A stretch of DNA of 64,000 nucleotides from Candidatus Aminicenantes bacterium (GTDB lineage Bacteria; Acidobacteriota; Aminicenantia; S016-38): positions 166,713 through 230,712 of the forward strand of contig JALSNJ010000040.1 of the NCBI GenBank assembly GCA_026987025.1, written 5' to 3'. Under the pieces are notes generated by a model. The model ran no database searches. It saw only the letters and a list, made by a program, of their open reading frames with translations, and was not told the origin of the DNA. Below, one piece after another: positions 30,138 through 39,757 of the stretch. The first letter of the stretch is position 1, and every line of letters begins with the position of its first letter. The position numbers were made by a program, and so were the translations under genes.

Positions 30138-31400
30138 ATGGCCAAAAACCTTGAAGAAGAAATTCTAAAATACATTAACGGGGTTCTGGAAGAGAGGAAG
30201 AAACTTCTTGAGAGCGGATGGGAGGAATTTTCTCAAAATCTTAAAAAGACATTGGATAGCTTTGCCCTCCACCTGAAGGTTGACTTCGCTCCCGTTGGAA
30301 GGGAAGGTCTCAAGGGCCTGGAAGAACTTCTGGAGGAAAAACCGTCAGAGGAAGCCCCTTCGGTTCTTCCCCTGGTCCTTTCCGGGATAAGAGGTTTGAG
30401 GGGAGAAAATTCTCAGGGAAGGTTAATAAATCATCTTTTGAACGCCCTGGCCAAGATTGTAAACAGGGCAGTGCTCTTCGTGGTGAAGGAAGGCAAGCTT
30501 GTGGGATGGGATGGAAGGGGATTTGAAGGGCTCACAGAACTTGACTTCAGAAAGATGGTGCTGCCCCTTTCATCGGAATCGGTTTTCTCCAAGGTGGTGG
30601 AGAAGGGAGGAATTTATCAGGGAAGTCTTCCAGTCCTCAAGGGGGATCGCAGGGTGCTTTCCCTCCTCGGAGGCGAGCCCCAGGAGTCCATCTTAATCCC
30701 TGTTGTGGTGAGGGGAAAGGTCTCCGGAATTCTCTATGCAGATGAATGGCCTGAGAAAACCGGAATAAAGCATCCTGAAGCGGTGGAGGTACTGGTGGAT
30801 TTCGCTGAGGCCATGGTGGAGCTTTTACCTTTAAGGGCCAAGTACCCGGTAAAACCCAAGGAGAGGATAAAAATAGAGGCGGAAAAACCCGGCGCTGCAG
30901 AGGAGGTCCCTTCCTTAGGGGATACTACCCGGAAAGAGGGGCTATTTAAACCCACAGGAACTCCTTCCCCTTTCACGGAAGAGGAGACGAGGCCCGGAAT
31001 TTCCAGGGAAGTCATGGAACTGGAAGAGGAAGTGGAGGAACTGGAAGTTCCGTCGGCAGAACAGCCCACCCCTTCCACCTTTGAGCCAGAGGTGGAGGAA
31101 GAAATAGAAGTGGAAGAGGAAGAAGAGATTCCCGAAGAAGACAGGGCCCTTTACGAAGCCGCCATGAGAAAGGCCCGGGTCCTGGTTTCCGACCTCATCC
31201 TTTACAACAGAGACCGCATAGAGAAGGCCAAGGAAAAGGGTAATATATACGAAGAGCTGAAGGATGAAATTGACCTGGCCATAGAAATATACAAAAAGAA
31301 GGCGGGGGATAAGGTTAAAAAGGACTTCCTTTACGAAGAATTGCTTAAAAAGGTGGCCGATGGGAATCCTTCCCTCCTGAAGGGCTACCCCGGTGCATGA
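30138..31400 (+). CDS. Hypothetical protein with a GAF-like N-terminal region and a Glu-rich low-complexity segment
   Basis: 420 aa. The central acidic run is EEEVEELEVP…EVEEEIEVEEEEEIPEED. No catalytic motif recognised. Start immediately abuts the TPR gene stop. Confidence 0.4.
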   Translation: MAKNLEEEILKYINGVLEERKKLLESGWEEFSQNLKKTLDSFALHLKVDFAPVGREGLKGLEELLEEKPSEEAPSVLPLVLSGIRGLRGENSQGRLINHLLNALAKIVNRAVLFVVKEGKLVGWDGRGFEGLTELDFRKMVLPLSSESVFSKVVEKGGIYQGSLPVLKGDRRVLSLLGGEPQESILIPVVVRGKVSGILYADEWPEKTGIKHPEAVEVLVDFAEAMVELLPLRAKYPVKPKERIKIEAEKPGAAEEVPSLGDTTRKEGLFKPTGTPSPFTEEETRPGISREVMELEEEVEELEVPSAEQPTPSTFEPEVEEEIEVEEEEEIPEEDRALYEAAMRKARVLVSDLILYNRDRIEKAKEKGNIYEELKDEIDLAIEIYKKKAGDKVKKDFLYEELLKKVADGNPSLLKGYPGA

Positions 31401-33130
31401 AAGCATCTAAGATTTCCCTCTTCATCTTCCTTTTTCTCCTGCTGACCGTCATATCCTCGTATTTCAGCTATCAAAGACTTGCGAATAGCCAGCGAAAAGG
31501 GAAAAAACATCCCCTGGATCTTCTCCCCTCCCTCCCCAATGAGGAGGCCCTCGCTTTAAGGAGGGCCAAGGACCTGCTCGTATATGGGAAGGCAGAGGCT
31601 GCCCTGAGGGCTTTAGATGGGGAGTTCCAAATGTTCAGGTGCTGGAAGGAGTACTTTCAGGGGCTTTCCCTGCTGAGGTTGAAAAGGGAGGAGGGATGGA
31701 GGCTTCTGCTGGGCATCCCCGGGGATTGTCCCCCCAGAAGATTGGCCCTCAGGTATGTTTTGTCCAATGCTCCAACAGAAGAGCTGAAGAAAATTCCGGC
31801 CTCTGAGCTTACGGAGGAAGAAAGGGCTGAACTCAACTACAGGCTGGGAAAATTGAAGCCTGAGGAGGTCTTTTGCAATTATCCCGGCCTTGCGGACAGG
31901 CTTAAGATAAACATCAGGAGGGAGGGGAAGGAGTGCCGGCGAAGGAGGTTTTCCTATTTTTTCTCCACAGCCCAATGGGCCAGGGCCTACAGGGAGGCCC
32001 TTACAGTTTACGATAAGGCCAGGGCTGCCTTTTACTGGAGGAAGTACAGAAGGGTCCTTTACCTTTTAAGAAGACCGAGAAACCCCAGGGAAGCCCTTTT
32101 GCTTTTTAGAGCCTATTTAAGGGCGGGTCAGAAAGCCAGGGCTCTCAGGATGAGGTGGAGCTTGAAAAGATTGGGGCTGGGCGAGGAGTTTCTCTGGAAA
32201 ATGGCCATGTATTACTATCCCGAGGAAAGGGGTTTCCAGCTTTTCCAGCAGTATCTGAGGAAATACCCTTCGGGGAAGTACTCCTCCCTGGCCAGGAGAT
32301 ACCTGGAACTGAGGGAGAAATGTCTGAAGGGGAAAGGGATTGATGAAGAAGGGGTCTCCTATGTGGACTTTAACCTTCCGGAGCCATCGGAGCGGGAGTT
32401 AGAGGTGGTTAGAAGGGCAGGTCTTCTATCCTCTGCTTTCCTTTACAGGGAGGCGATGGCAGAGTTGAAATTCGCCTTGAAAAAGGACAATTCTCCTCTT
32501 CTTAAATACTACTTAGGCGTGGTCTATTACAGGGCAGGGGATTATCTTAAGGGGCTGCGGGCTATAATCTCCGCCTTTGGGGGGATTCCCCGGGACCTCA
32601 GGACCCTGAAGTTAATATATCCCTTTCCCATGAGGGATAAAATAGAGAGCCTTGCCCTGCTTAACGGAATAGATCCGTTTTTGGCCGCAGCCCTTATCCA
32701 TCAGGAAAGCCTGTTCAACCCTTGGGCCCATTCCTACGCCGGGGCCATAGGACTTGTGCAGCTTACCCGCAGAACCTTTTCTTCCACGGTTTCCAGGATG
32801 GGGGCAGGGTTTTCCAACCCCTGGGACCCCCACGAAAATCTCACCGTGGGCTTGAGGCATTTTTCCGAGCTTTTGAACTATTACCAGGGACAGGTGGAAT
32901 ACGCCCTGGCGGCTTACAACGCCGGGATTGAGAGGGTTGACCGGTGGAGAACCTATCTTCCCTGCGCTGTCCCTTCCACCTTCGTGGAGCTCATTCCCAT
33001 AGAGCAAACGAGAAACTATGTTAAGAGCATAAAAAGAAAATGGAGAATATACAGGAGGCTTTACAGTGAAAGTAGCCTTGATTTTCGGGGGACGCTCTTC
33101 GGAGCACGAAATTTCCATAATATCCGCTAA
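31397..33130 (+). CDS. Soluble lytic murein transglycosylase (SLT domain) with an N-terminal TPR-like superhelical region
   Basis: SLT catalytic motif LIHQESLFNPWAHSYAGAIGLVQL (ES…GLMQ) and ALAAYNAGIERV (AYNAG). Signal/TM at the N-terminus. Confidence 0.7.
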   Translation: MKASKISLFIFLFLLLTVISSYFSYQRLANSQRKGKKHPLDLLPSLPNEEALALRRAKDLLVYGKAEAALRALDGEFQMFRCWKEYFQGLSLLRLKREEGWRLLLGIPGDCPPRRLALRYVLSNAPTEELKKIPASELTEEERAELNYRLGKLKPEEVFCNYPGLADRLKINIRREGKECRRRRFSYFFSTAQWARAYREALTVYDKARAAFYWRKYRRVLYLLRRPRNPREALLLFRAYLRAGQKARALRMRWSLKRLGLGEEFLWKMAMYYYPEERGFQLFQQYLRKYPSGKYSSLARRYLELREKCLKGKGIDEEGVSYVDFNLPEPSERELEVVRRAGLLSSAFLYREAMAELKFALKKDNSPLLKYYLGVVYYRAGDYLKGLRAIISAFGGIPRDLRTLKLIYPFPMRDKIESLALLNGIDPFLAAALIHQESLFNPWAHSYAGAIGLVQLTRRTFSSTVSRMGAGFSNPWDPHENLTVGLRHFSELLNYYQGQVEYALAAYNAGIERVDRWRTYLPCAVPSTFVELIPIEQTRNYVKSIKRKWRIYRRLYSESSLDFRGTLFGARNFHNIR

Positions 33131-34061
33131 GTCCGTTTACAAAAATTTTCCCCGGGGATACGAACCAGTTTGTATCTACATTACAAAGGAAGGAAAGTGG
33201 AAGTTCGTGAAAAATCCCTGGGAGCTGGAGGGAGAGGAATTTTCCTTCCTCCCCTGGGAAGGCAGAGACATGAAGGAAAGGATAGATATTTACTTTCCCC
33301 TGTTGCACGGACCCTTTGGGGAGGACGGAAGCCTTCAGGGACTTTTAGAGCTGGCCGAAGTTCCCTATGTGGGCTCAGGGATACTTGGTTCTGCCCTGGG
33401 TATGGATAAAGCCTTTATGAAAATGGCCTTTGAGAAGGAAGGACTTCCGGTGGTTAACTACAGGGTTATAAGGAAGTGGGAGGAGGTCTCTTTGGAGGAG
33501 TTAAAAAGGGAGTTTAGCCTGCCGGTTTTCGTAAAGCCTGCAAACCTGGGCTCCAGCGTGGGAATTACCAAGGTTAAATCCTGGGACGAACTTTCGGGGG
33601 CCCTGCAAGAGGCCTTTTCCCACGATTACAAGGCAGTGGTGGAGCAGGGGGTGGAGGCCAGGGAAATAGAGTGCTCGGTGCTGGGGAACGAGGAACCCAG
33701 AGCTTCCCTTCCAGGGGAGGTTATACCCTACCGGGAATTCTACGATTACAGGGACAAGTACATAGAGGGAAAAACGAAGTTCAGGATACCTGTGAAGCTT
33801 TCCCCGGAGCTGGAGGGGAGAATCAGGGAATATGCGGTGAGGGCTTTCAGGGCGGTGGAGGCCTGGGGTTTTGCCAGGGTGGATTTCTTCCTGGAGGGAG
33901 AAAAAATATATGTTAACGAAATAAACACCATACCCGGCTTCACCGAGATAAGCATGTTTCCCAAGCTATGGGAAGTTTCAGGGCTTCCCTTTCCTAAACT
34001 GGTGGAAAAATTGATAGAATTGGGTTTTGAAAGATGGGAAAAATGGAGAAGAAAAGGATAA
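33066..34061 (+). CDS. ddl: D-alanine--D-alanine ligase
   Basis: (V)KVALIFGGRSSEHEISIISAKSV N-terminus and the ATP-grasp motifs. GTG start overlaps the SLT gene by 65 nt. Confidence 0.9.
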   Translation: MKVALIFGGRSSEHEISIISAKSVYKNFPRGYEPVCIYITKEGKWKFVKNPWELEGEEFSFLPWEGRDMKERIDIYFPLLHGPFGEDGSLQGLLELAEVPYVGSGILGSALGMDKAFMKMAFEKEGLPVVNYRVIRKWEEVSLEELKREFSLPVFVKPANLGSSVGITKVKSWDELSGALQEAFSHDYKAVVEQGVEAREIECSVLGNEEPRASLPGEVIPYREFYDYRDKYIEGKTKFRIPVKLSPELEGRIREYAVRAFRAVEAWGFARVDFFLEGEKIYVNEINTIPGFTEISMFPKLWEVSGLPFPKLVEKLIELGFERWEKWRRKG

Positions 34062-34465
34062 TGGCCCTGGATGTGGGTGATAAAAGAATAGGAATCGCCC
34101 TCACGGACCTGACCCTCACCATAGTGAACCCGCTTCAAACTTACAAAAGAAGGACCTCAAAGGAGGATGCAGGATACATAGCCCATCTTTGCAGTCAATG
34201 GGATGTGGGTCTGGTGGTGGTGGGACTGCCCCTCAGGCTTTCCGGCCAGGAGGGGAGCCAGGCCCGGAAGGTGAAAAAATTTGCGGACCTTCTGAGGAAG
34301 CATGGCCTCAAGGTGGAATTCTGGGACGAGAGGTTCTCCACGGACCAGGCCATGGAATTTCTCAGAGGGAGGTCTCCGGAGGAAAAAAAGAGCAAGAAGG
34401 ATTCCATAGCTGCTGCCATAATCCTTGAAGAGTATTTGAGGGAAAAAATTGAGAAGAACAATTGA
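34034..34465 (+). CDS. ruvX: Holliday-junction-resolvase-like nuclease YqgF/RuvX
   Basis: RIMALDVGDKRIGIALTD catalytic-Asp context, and the position upstream of mltG. Confidence 0.85.
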   Translation: MGKMEKKRIMALDVGDKRIGIALTDLTLTIVNPLQTYKRRTSKEDAGYIAHLCSQWDVGLVVVGLPLRLSGQEGSQARKVKKFADLLRKHGLKVEFWDERFSTDQAMEFLRGRSPEEKKSKKDSIAAAIILEEYLREKIEKNN

Positions 34466-35441
34466 GACCGTGGCATTCTGGGCCGTTGTTTTTCTGGGAT
34501 TCGGCCTTTTCCTTTTTATGAAGGAATATCACATGTATTACAGGGGCTACAGGGGTGAGAGCAAGAAGATAAGGATAGAAAGGGGAAGTTCCGCCAGGGA
34601 TGTTGCCGTCCTTCTTGAAAGGGAAGGCATTATAAAGCATAAAACCACATTCCTGATATTTCACCGTCTTTTCTTTAAAGGGGCTCCCCTTCAGGCAGGG
34701 GTTTATCGCTTTTGCAGGCCCCTGAGGACCGTGGATGTTATAAGAAAGCTGGTAAAGGGAGAGATAGCCACCTTCAGGGTTTCTGTGCCGGAGGGCCTGA
34801 CGGTGGAGGAGACCGCGGAGGTTTTTTCCCCCTATCTTTACCCTCCGGCCTTTATGGAGGCCGCCGGAAACTGGTGGTTGATAAAGGACCTTGACCCTGA
34901 GGCCAGGGACCTGGAGGGTTATCTTTTCCCCGATACCTATGTTTTTCCTGAGGATGTCCTTCCGTCTCTGGTGGTAAAGAGGATGGTTCAGAACTTCAAG
35001 AGGAAATTTACCCCGGAGCTTAAGGCAAGGGCTAAGGAAATGGGGATGAGTATAAGGGAAGTGGTTACCTTGGCCTCAATTATAGAAAAGGAGTCCTCCA
35101 ACGATGAAGAGAAACCGTTGATTTCCTCGGTTTTTCATAACCGCTTGAAGCTTGGTATGCCCCTTCAGAGCGACCCTACCATAATATACGCCATGAAAAA
35201 AATGGGGATATGGAAGGGTAGGCTTTACAGAAAACACTATCGGCAGGTGAAGTCCCCCTATAACACTTACCTCCATAGGGGCCTTCCCCCTGGCCCCATA
35301 TGCAACCCTGGCCTTTCATCCATAAAGGCTGCCCTTTACCCGGCTAAAACCGACTACCTTTACTTTATAGCCGTAGGTGGAAAACACGAATTTTCAAGGA
35401 CCTATCAACAGCACCTCCAGATTTTAAGGAGCAGAAGGTGA
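34449..35441 (+). CDS. mltG: Endolytic murein transglycosylase MltG (YceG family)
   Basis: N-terminal TM and YceG-like core (LQSDPTIIYA, YNTYLHRGLPPGPICNPG). Confidence 0.85.
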   Translation: MRRTIETVAFWAVVFLGFGLFLFMKEYHMYYRGYRGESKKIRIERGSSARDVAVLLEREGIIKHKTTFLIFHRLFFKGAPLQAGVYRFCRPLRTVDVIRKLVKGEIATFRVSVPEGLTVEETAEVFSPYLYPPAFMEAAGNWWLIKDLDPEARDLEGYLFPDTYVFPEDVLPSLVVKRMVQNFKRKFTPELKARAKEMGMSIREVVTLASIIEKESSNDEEKPLISSVFHNRLKLGMPLQSDPTIIYAMKKMGIWKGRLYRKHYRQVKSPYNTYLHRGLPPGPICNPGLSSIKAALYPAKTDYLYFIAVGGKHEFSRTYQQHLQILRSRR

Positions 35442-36676
35442 AACGGGCGATTATAGAGGGCGGAAGATTGCTTCAGGGAGAGGTCAGGATTTCCGGGGCC
35501 AAGAACGCTGCCCTTCCGGAGCTGGCCGCCAGCCTTTTAACCGCCCACGAGCTGGTACTGCATCGGGTTCCCAGGGTTAAGGATGTGGAGACCATGCTGG
35601 AGCTGCTCCTGGAGCTCGGAGGGGAGGTTCATGTGGGTGAGGATGTGAGAATAAAGATGGAAAGGGTCCAGGGCGAGACCAGGGAAGAGCTTTTCAGGGC
35701 CATGAGGGCTTCGGTTCTGGTTTTAGGTCCGCAGCTGGCGAGGTTCGGGAGGGGTGAGATTCTGTGGCCCGGTGGATGTTCCATAGGAGAGAGGCCCATT
35801 GACTTCCACCTTCGGGCTCTGGAGAAAATGGGGGCTGAGATAAGGGAGGAGAACGGGAGGATAAAGGCCAGGGCAAGGAAGCTGAAGGGAGCGAAAATAA
35901 GGTTTCCGCGGATCACCGTTACCGGCACGGAAAACATCATGATGGCCGCCTCTTTAGCCAGGGGAGAAACCCTTATAGAGAACCCTGCCCTGGAGCCGGA
36001 GGTTAAGGACCTGTCCCGGCTTTTGGTTAAAATGGGGGCGGGGATTTCCTGGGAAAGGGACGGTCTCCACATAGAGGGGGTGGATGAGCTAAAGGGGGCT
36101 GAACATACGGTGATTCCGGATAGAATAGAGGCCGGCACCTTTCTGGTGGCCGGAGCCCTGGCCGGGGGGGATGTGAAGATTTCCGGCTGCAATCCGGCTC
36201 ACCTCAAGGCCGTTCTGGGGGCAGCAGGTGAGGCGGGGGTGGAATTTGAGAGCGGGGAGGATTGGATAAGGGTTAAGGGTGGAAGGGATTTTCTTCCGCT
36301 GCACATAGAAACCCGGGAATATCCCGGTTTTCCCACGGACATGCAGGCCCAGATGATGGTTCTCTTGTGTTTTGCCAGGGGTACTTCCACCGTCAGGGAT
36401 AACATATTTCCCCACAGGTTCCGCCACGGGGAGGAACTGCGTAAGATGGGGGCAAATATTGAAATTTACCCTGGAAAGGCTATAATTAAAAGGGTGAGAA
36501 AGCTTAGAGGAACGAAGGTGCTGGCCACGGACCTCAGAGCTTCGGCCTCCTTGGTCATAGCAGGTCTGGTGGCCCAGGGAAGGACCGTGGTAGAAGACAT
36601 TTTTCATCTAAAAAGAGGATACGAGGATTTCTTCCAGAAATTGAGGAATTTAGGCGCTGAGATAAAGGAGGAGTGA
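35438..36676 (+). CDS. murA: UDP-N-acetylglucosamine 1-carboxyvinyltransferase
   Basis: RISGAKNAALP, the active-site-loop Cys context PGGCSIGERPID, and EPSP-synthase fold repeats. GTG start. Confidence 0.95.
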   Translation: MKRAIIEGGRLLQGEVRISGAKNAALPELAASLLTAHELVLHRVPRVKDVETMLELLLELGGEVHVGEDVRIKMERVQGETREELFRAMRASVLVLGPQLARFGRGEILWPGGCSIGERPIDFHLRALEKMGAEIREENGRIKARARKLKGAKIRFPRITVTGTENIMMAASLARGETLIENPALEPEVKDLSRLLVKMGAGISWERDGLHIEGVDELKGAEHTVIPDRIEAGTFLVAGALAGGDVKISGCNPAHLKAVLGAAGEAGVEFESGEDWIRVKGGRDFLPLHIETREYPGFPTDMQAQMMVLLCFARGTSTVRDNIFPHRFRHGEELRKMGANIEIYPGKAIIKRVRKLRGTKVLATDLRASASLVIAGLVAQGRTVVEDIFHLKRGYEDFFQKLRNLGAEIKEE

Positions 36677-37017
36677 TGAAGGATTGCGTTTTTTGCAAGA
36701 TAGTCAGGGGAGAAATCCCTGCTAAAAAGGTTTACGAGGACGAGGAATACTTAGCCTTCCACGATATTGATCCCCAGGCTCCGGTTCACATTCTAATCAT
36801 TCCCAAGAAGCACATAGAGAGCCTTGATGCCGCAGGGGAAGAGTACAGAAGCCTTCTGGGGGGGCTGCTTCTTGTGGCCAGAAAAGTGGCTGAGGACATG
36901 AAACTTGAAAAGGGATACCGTCTGGTTATAAACACCGGTCCGGATGGGGGACAGGCTGTTTTTCACCTTCACTTACACCTTCTCGGAGGCAGGGCCCTGG
37001 CCTGGCCTCCGGGATAA
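36676..37017 (+). CDS. HIT-family (histidine triad) nucleotide hydrolase
   Basis: CVFCKIVRGEIPA and the triad HLHLHLLGG. Confidence 0.85.
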   Translation: MKDCVFCKIVRGEIPAKKVYEDEEYLAFHDIDPQAPVHILIIPKKHIESLDAAGEEYRSLLGGLLLVARKVAEDMKLEKGYRLVINTGPDGGQAVFHLHLHLLGGRALAWPPG

Positions 37018-37030
37018 AAAGGAGGTAGCC

Positions 37031-37984
37031 ATGAGGAAAATCGCAACATTCATAGGGGTTTTTGCTTTACTTTCCTCCATTGCCCTGGCCCAGGCCTACA
37101 GGGGGAAGTCAAGGCTCAGGGGATTCGTCTACGACGAGCAGGGAAAGCCCTTAGAGGGGGTGGAAGTGAAGCTTTATTGCGTCAAGGCAGCGGCCGGCTT
37201 TACCACCAAAACCGACAAGAAGGGGGAGTGGAAGGCCTTCTGGATAAGGGGGGGCAGGTGGGACATTGACTTTTACAAGCCCGGTTATGAGGTAAAGAAG
37301 ATCTCCGTTTATTTGAAGGAAGGGGAAAGGAAACCCCCCATTGAGATAAAGCTCAAGAAAATAAAGGGCCTGGTTATAACCCCTGAACTGGAAGGCCTGC
37401 TGGTGGAGGGAAACAAGCTTTTCAAGCAGGGAAAGTACAAGGAGGCCCTGGAAAAGTTTCAGGAAATAATCAAGCAGTTCCCCGACGCCTATCCCATTTA
37501 CATAAACATAGGGAACTGCTACTTTCAGATGAATCAGTACGACAGGGCCATTGAGGCTTACAAGAAGGTTCTGCAGAAGGACAAAAACAACATAAGGGCT
37601 TTCATTGCCATTGGAAACGCTTACCTCAACAAAGGCAACACAGAGGAGGCCATGAAGTGGTACGGAAAAATAGAGATGGACAAGATAGACGACCCAACGG
37701 TGCTTTACAACCTGGGAACGATTTACTACAACAACGCCAAGTATGACCTGGCTCTGAAGTACTACGAGAAGTGCGTGGAACTTAACCCCAAGGACCTGGA
37801 CGGTCTTTATCAGCTGGGTTTAACCTACACCGCCCTGATGAAGTTTGACAAGGCCTTAGAGGTTTTCAAAAAATACCTTGAGCTGGATAACGAATCGGAA
37901 AGGGCTCAGACGGTTAAGGAGACCATAAAGTACATAGAGGATACCATTAAGGAGGAAAAACAGCTTAAGAAAAAACAAAAATAG
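37031..37984 (+). CDS. Secreted protein with a carboxypeptidase-regulatory-like beta-domain followed by TPR repeats
   Basis: Signal peptide MRKIATFIGVFALLSSIALAQA, a GFVYDEQGKPLEGVEVKLY beta-sandwich motif, and multiple TPR helices (AYKKVLQKDKNNIRAFIAIGNAYLNKGN…). AGGAGG RBS. The upstream in-frame extension was rejected. Confidence 0.55.
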   Translation: MRKIATFIGVFALLSSIALAQAYRGKSRLRGFVYDEQGKPLEGVEVKLYCVKAAAGFTTKTDKKGEWKAFWIRGGRWDIDFYKPGYEVKKISVYLKEGERKPPIEIKLKKIKGLVITPELEGLLVEGNKLFKQGKYKEALEKFQEIIKQFPDAYPIYINIGNCYFQMNQYDRAIEAYKKVLQKDKNNIRAFIAIGNAYLNKGNTEEAMKWYGKIEMDKIDDPTVLYNLGTIYYNNAKYDLALKYYEKCVELNPKDLDGLYQLGLTYTALMKFDKALEVFKKYLELDNESERAQTVKETIKYIEDTIKEEKQLKKKQK

Positions 37985-37993
37985 GAGGAAAAA

Positions 37994-38854
37994 TTGAGAA
38001 AAATCCTTATCTTAACCCTGATCCCCCTTTTCCTTCTATCCTCAGATTTCAAGAAGGAGAAGGAGAAGGTCTTTGACGAGCTCATGCTCATAATGACCAA
38101 GCAGGAGAAAAAGGAGTTCAAAAAAATAGACAGCCAGGAGGAGCTTCGCAAGTTCGTGGAGGATTTCTGGAGGAGGAGGGACCCTGACCCTTCCGACGAA
38201 AGGAACGAGGTTAAGGAGACTTACTACAAGAGGATGGAAGAAACAAAGCGACTTTTCCGGGAGCCCGGAAGGAAGCCCTGGCTCACGGACCGGGGTAGAG
38301 TTTACATGATCCTGGGAAGGCCCACCTTCTGGAAAAAGGAGGTGATGCAGAAGGGCACCACGGAAAATTACGAGCGCTGGGATTACGAGGACCTCCATCT
38401 GGTAATTTTCTTCGTGGATAGACATGGAATGGGAAAGTACGAGCTTTCCCAGCCCAGCCCGAAGTTCATAGATATTTACGAGCACGAGAGGAAGTTTTTC
38501 CTTCCCAGAGCAACTAAAGTCTCCATGACCCTTTCGGTGGAAATAGATAGAAAGGCCAAAAAACTGTACATCCACATACCCTTAAATTCCTTTGCCTTTA
38601 CTAAAAAGGAAGGGAAGTTCTACGCCAATTTCCTCCTTCGCTTCTCCTACGGCCATCCCCAGGAGGCCCAGCCCAGGACCTTTGAGCAGAAGATGAGCGT
38701 GGGGGTTTCAGCTAAGGATATAAAGGCAGGGAACAAGGAGATCACCATCCCCCTTTCCATAGCTCCCCTCAAGGGGGAATATGTGATAATAATAGAAATA
38801 GAGGACCTTGTATCCGGCAACAAGGTCTCCAAAACCTATAAATTGAAGATTTAA
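37994..38854 (+). CDS. GWxTD-domain secreted protein (putative)
   Basis: Signal peptide. KPWLTDRGRVYMILGRP matches the GWxTD motif (GWxTDRG…Y…GxP). Confidence 0.45.
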   Translation: MRKILILTLIPLFLLSSDFKKEKEKVFDELMLIMTKQEKKEFKKIDSQEELRKFVEDFWRRRDPDPSDERNEVKETYYKRMEETKRLFREPGRKPWLTDRGRVYMILGRPTFWKKEVMQKGTTENYERWDYEDLHLVIFFVDRHGMGKYELSQPSPKFIDIYEHERKFFLPRATKVSMTLSVEIDRKAKKLYIHIPLNSFAFTKKEGKFYANFLLRFSYGHPQEAQPRTFEQKMSVGVSAKDIKAGNKEITIPLSIAPLKGEYVIIIEIEDLVSGNKVSKTYKLKI

Positions 38855-38863
38855 GGAGGAGAT

Positions 38864-39757
38864 ATGAGAAAATCCCAATCAATATTGGCGATTCTGGCCT
38901 TTGCGTTTCTTGTCCTTGGGGCTTCAAAGGCTCCAGGAGAGCTCAAATTGCCCAAAAAGGTGGAGAAAGCTTTCAAGAAGGCCCTCAAAAAGGGTGAGTT
39001 TAAAAATCCCTACAATCTGCAGATCATAGACCAGATGAACTTCCTGATGGGGGGAGGGCAGAACTTCGTGGTGCTGCTTTTTAAGGGCAACGTCCCGGGA
39101 CCCAAGGAAGGGGAGAACAACTACCTTTATGCCAGAGTAATAAGGAAGGACGGCGGCTACATGAACTTGATAAAAGTTGTCAAAGGCAAGGCTAAAGACT
39201 TCTATTCCTTTGCCGTTCTAATTGCCCCTGGCAATTACAGATTTCTCATGGGGGTTGGTGATAAAAAGGGCAAGAAATTTTCCATGATAATGACGGTGCT
39301 TAATGTTCCGTCCTTGGGGAAGCCCGGTGAGATAACCTATTCTAAGCCCATGTTTATAAAGAACTTCACCAGGGGGGACAGGCAGGAGGTTCTGGGAGCT
39401 GTGATCCCCGATGCCTTTTACTCTGGAATGATAAAAATAATCCCCTATCGCCAGTACAAATTCAAATCCGACGAGCAACCCACGGTTTTCATGTACCTTT
39501 ACGGCCTTGGGAAGGACGAGACTGGCCTGGCCAAGGGAACCGTTACCTTTACCATAATGAAGGGCGGCAAGGAATATGTGAAGTTCAAAGGAACCTCCCT
39601 TAAGGGAAGGGGTGGAATTGGTATAATTGACCAGCCCATACTTCTCAAGAAGGAAAATAAACCGCTTCCTAAAGGGAACTACCAGCTGAAGATAAAAGTC
39701 AAGGACGAGCTTCTGGGCAAGGAGGTGGAGATTAACCTTCCCTTTGAAGTGATATGA
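38864..39757 (+). CDS. Hypothetical secreted protein
   Basis: Signal peptide MRKSQSILAILAFAFLVLGASKA. Beta-rich and Lys-rich. No known motif. RBS GGAGGAG. Confidence 0.35.
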   Translation: MRKSQSILAILAFAFLVLGASKAPGELKLPKKVEKAFKKALKKGEFKNPYNLQIIDQMNFLMGGGQNFVVLLFKGNVPGPKEGENNYLYARVIRKDGGYMNLIKVVKGKAKDFYSFAVLIAPGNYRFLMGVGDKKGKKFSMIMTVLNVPSLGKPGEITYSKPMFIKNFTRGDRQEVLGAVIPDAFYSGMIKIIPYRQYKFKSDEQPTVFMYLYGLGKDETGLAKGTVTFTIMKGGKEYVKFKGTSLKGRGGIGIIDQPILLKKENKPLPKGNYQLKIKVKDELLGKEVEINLPFEVI

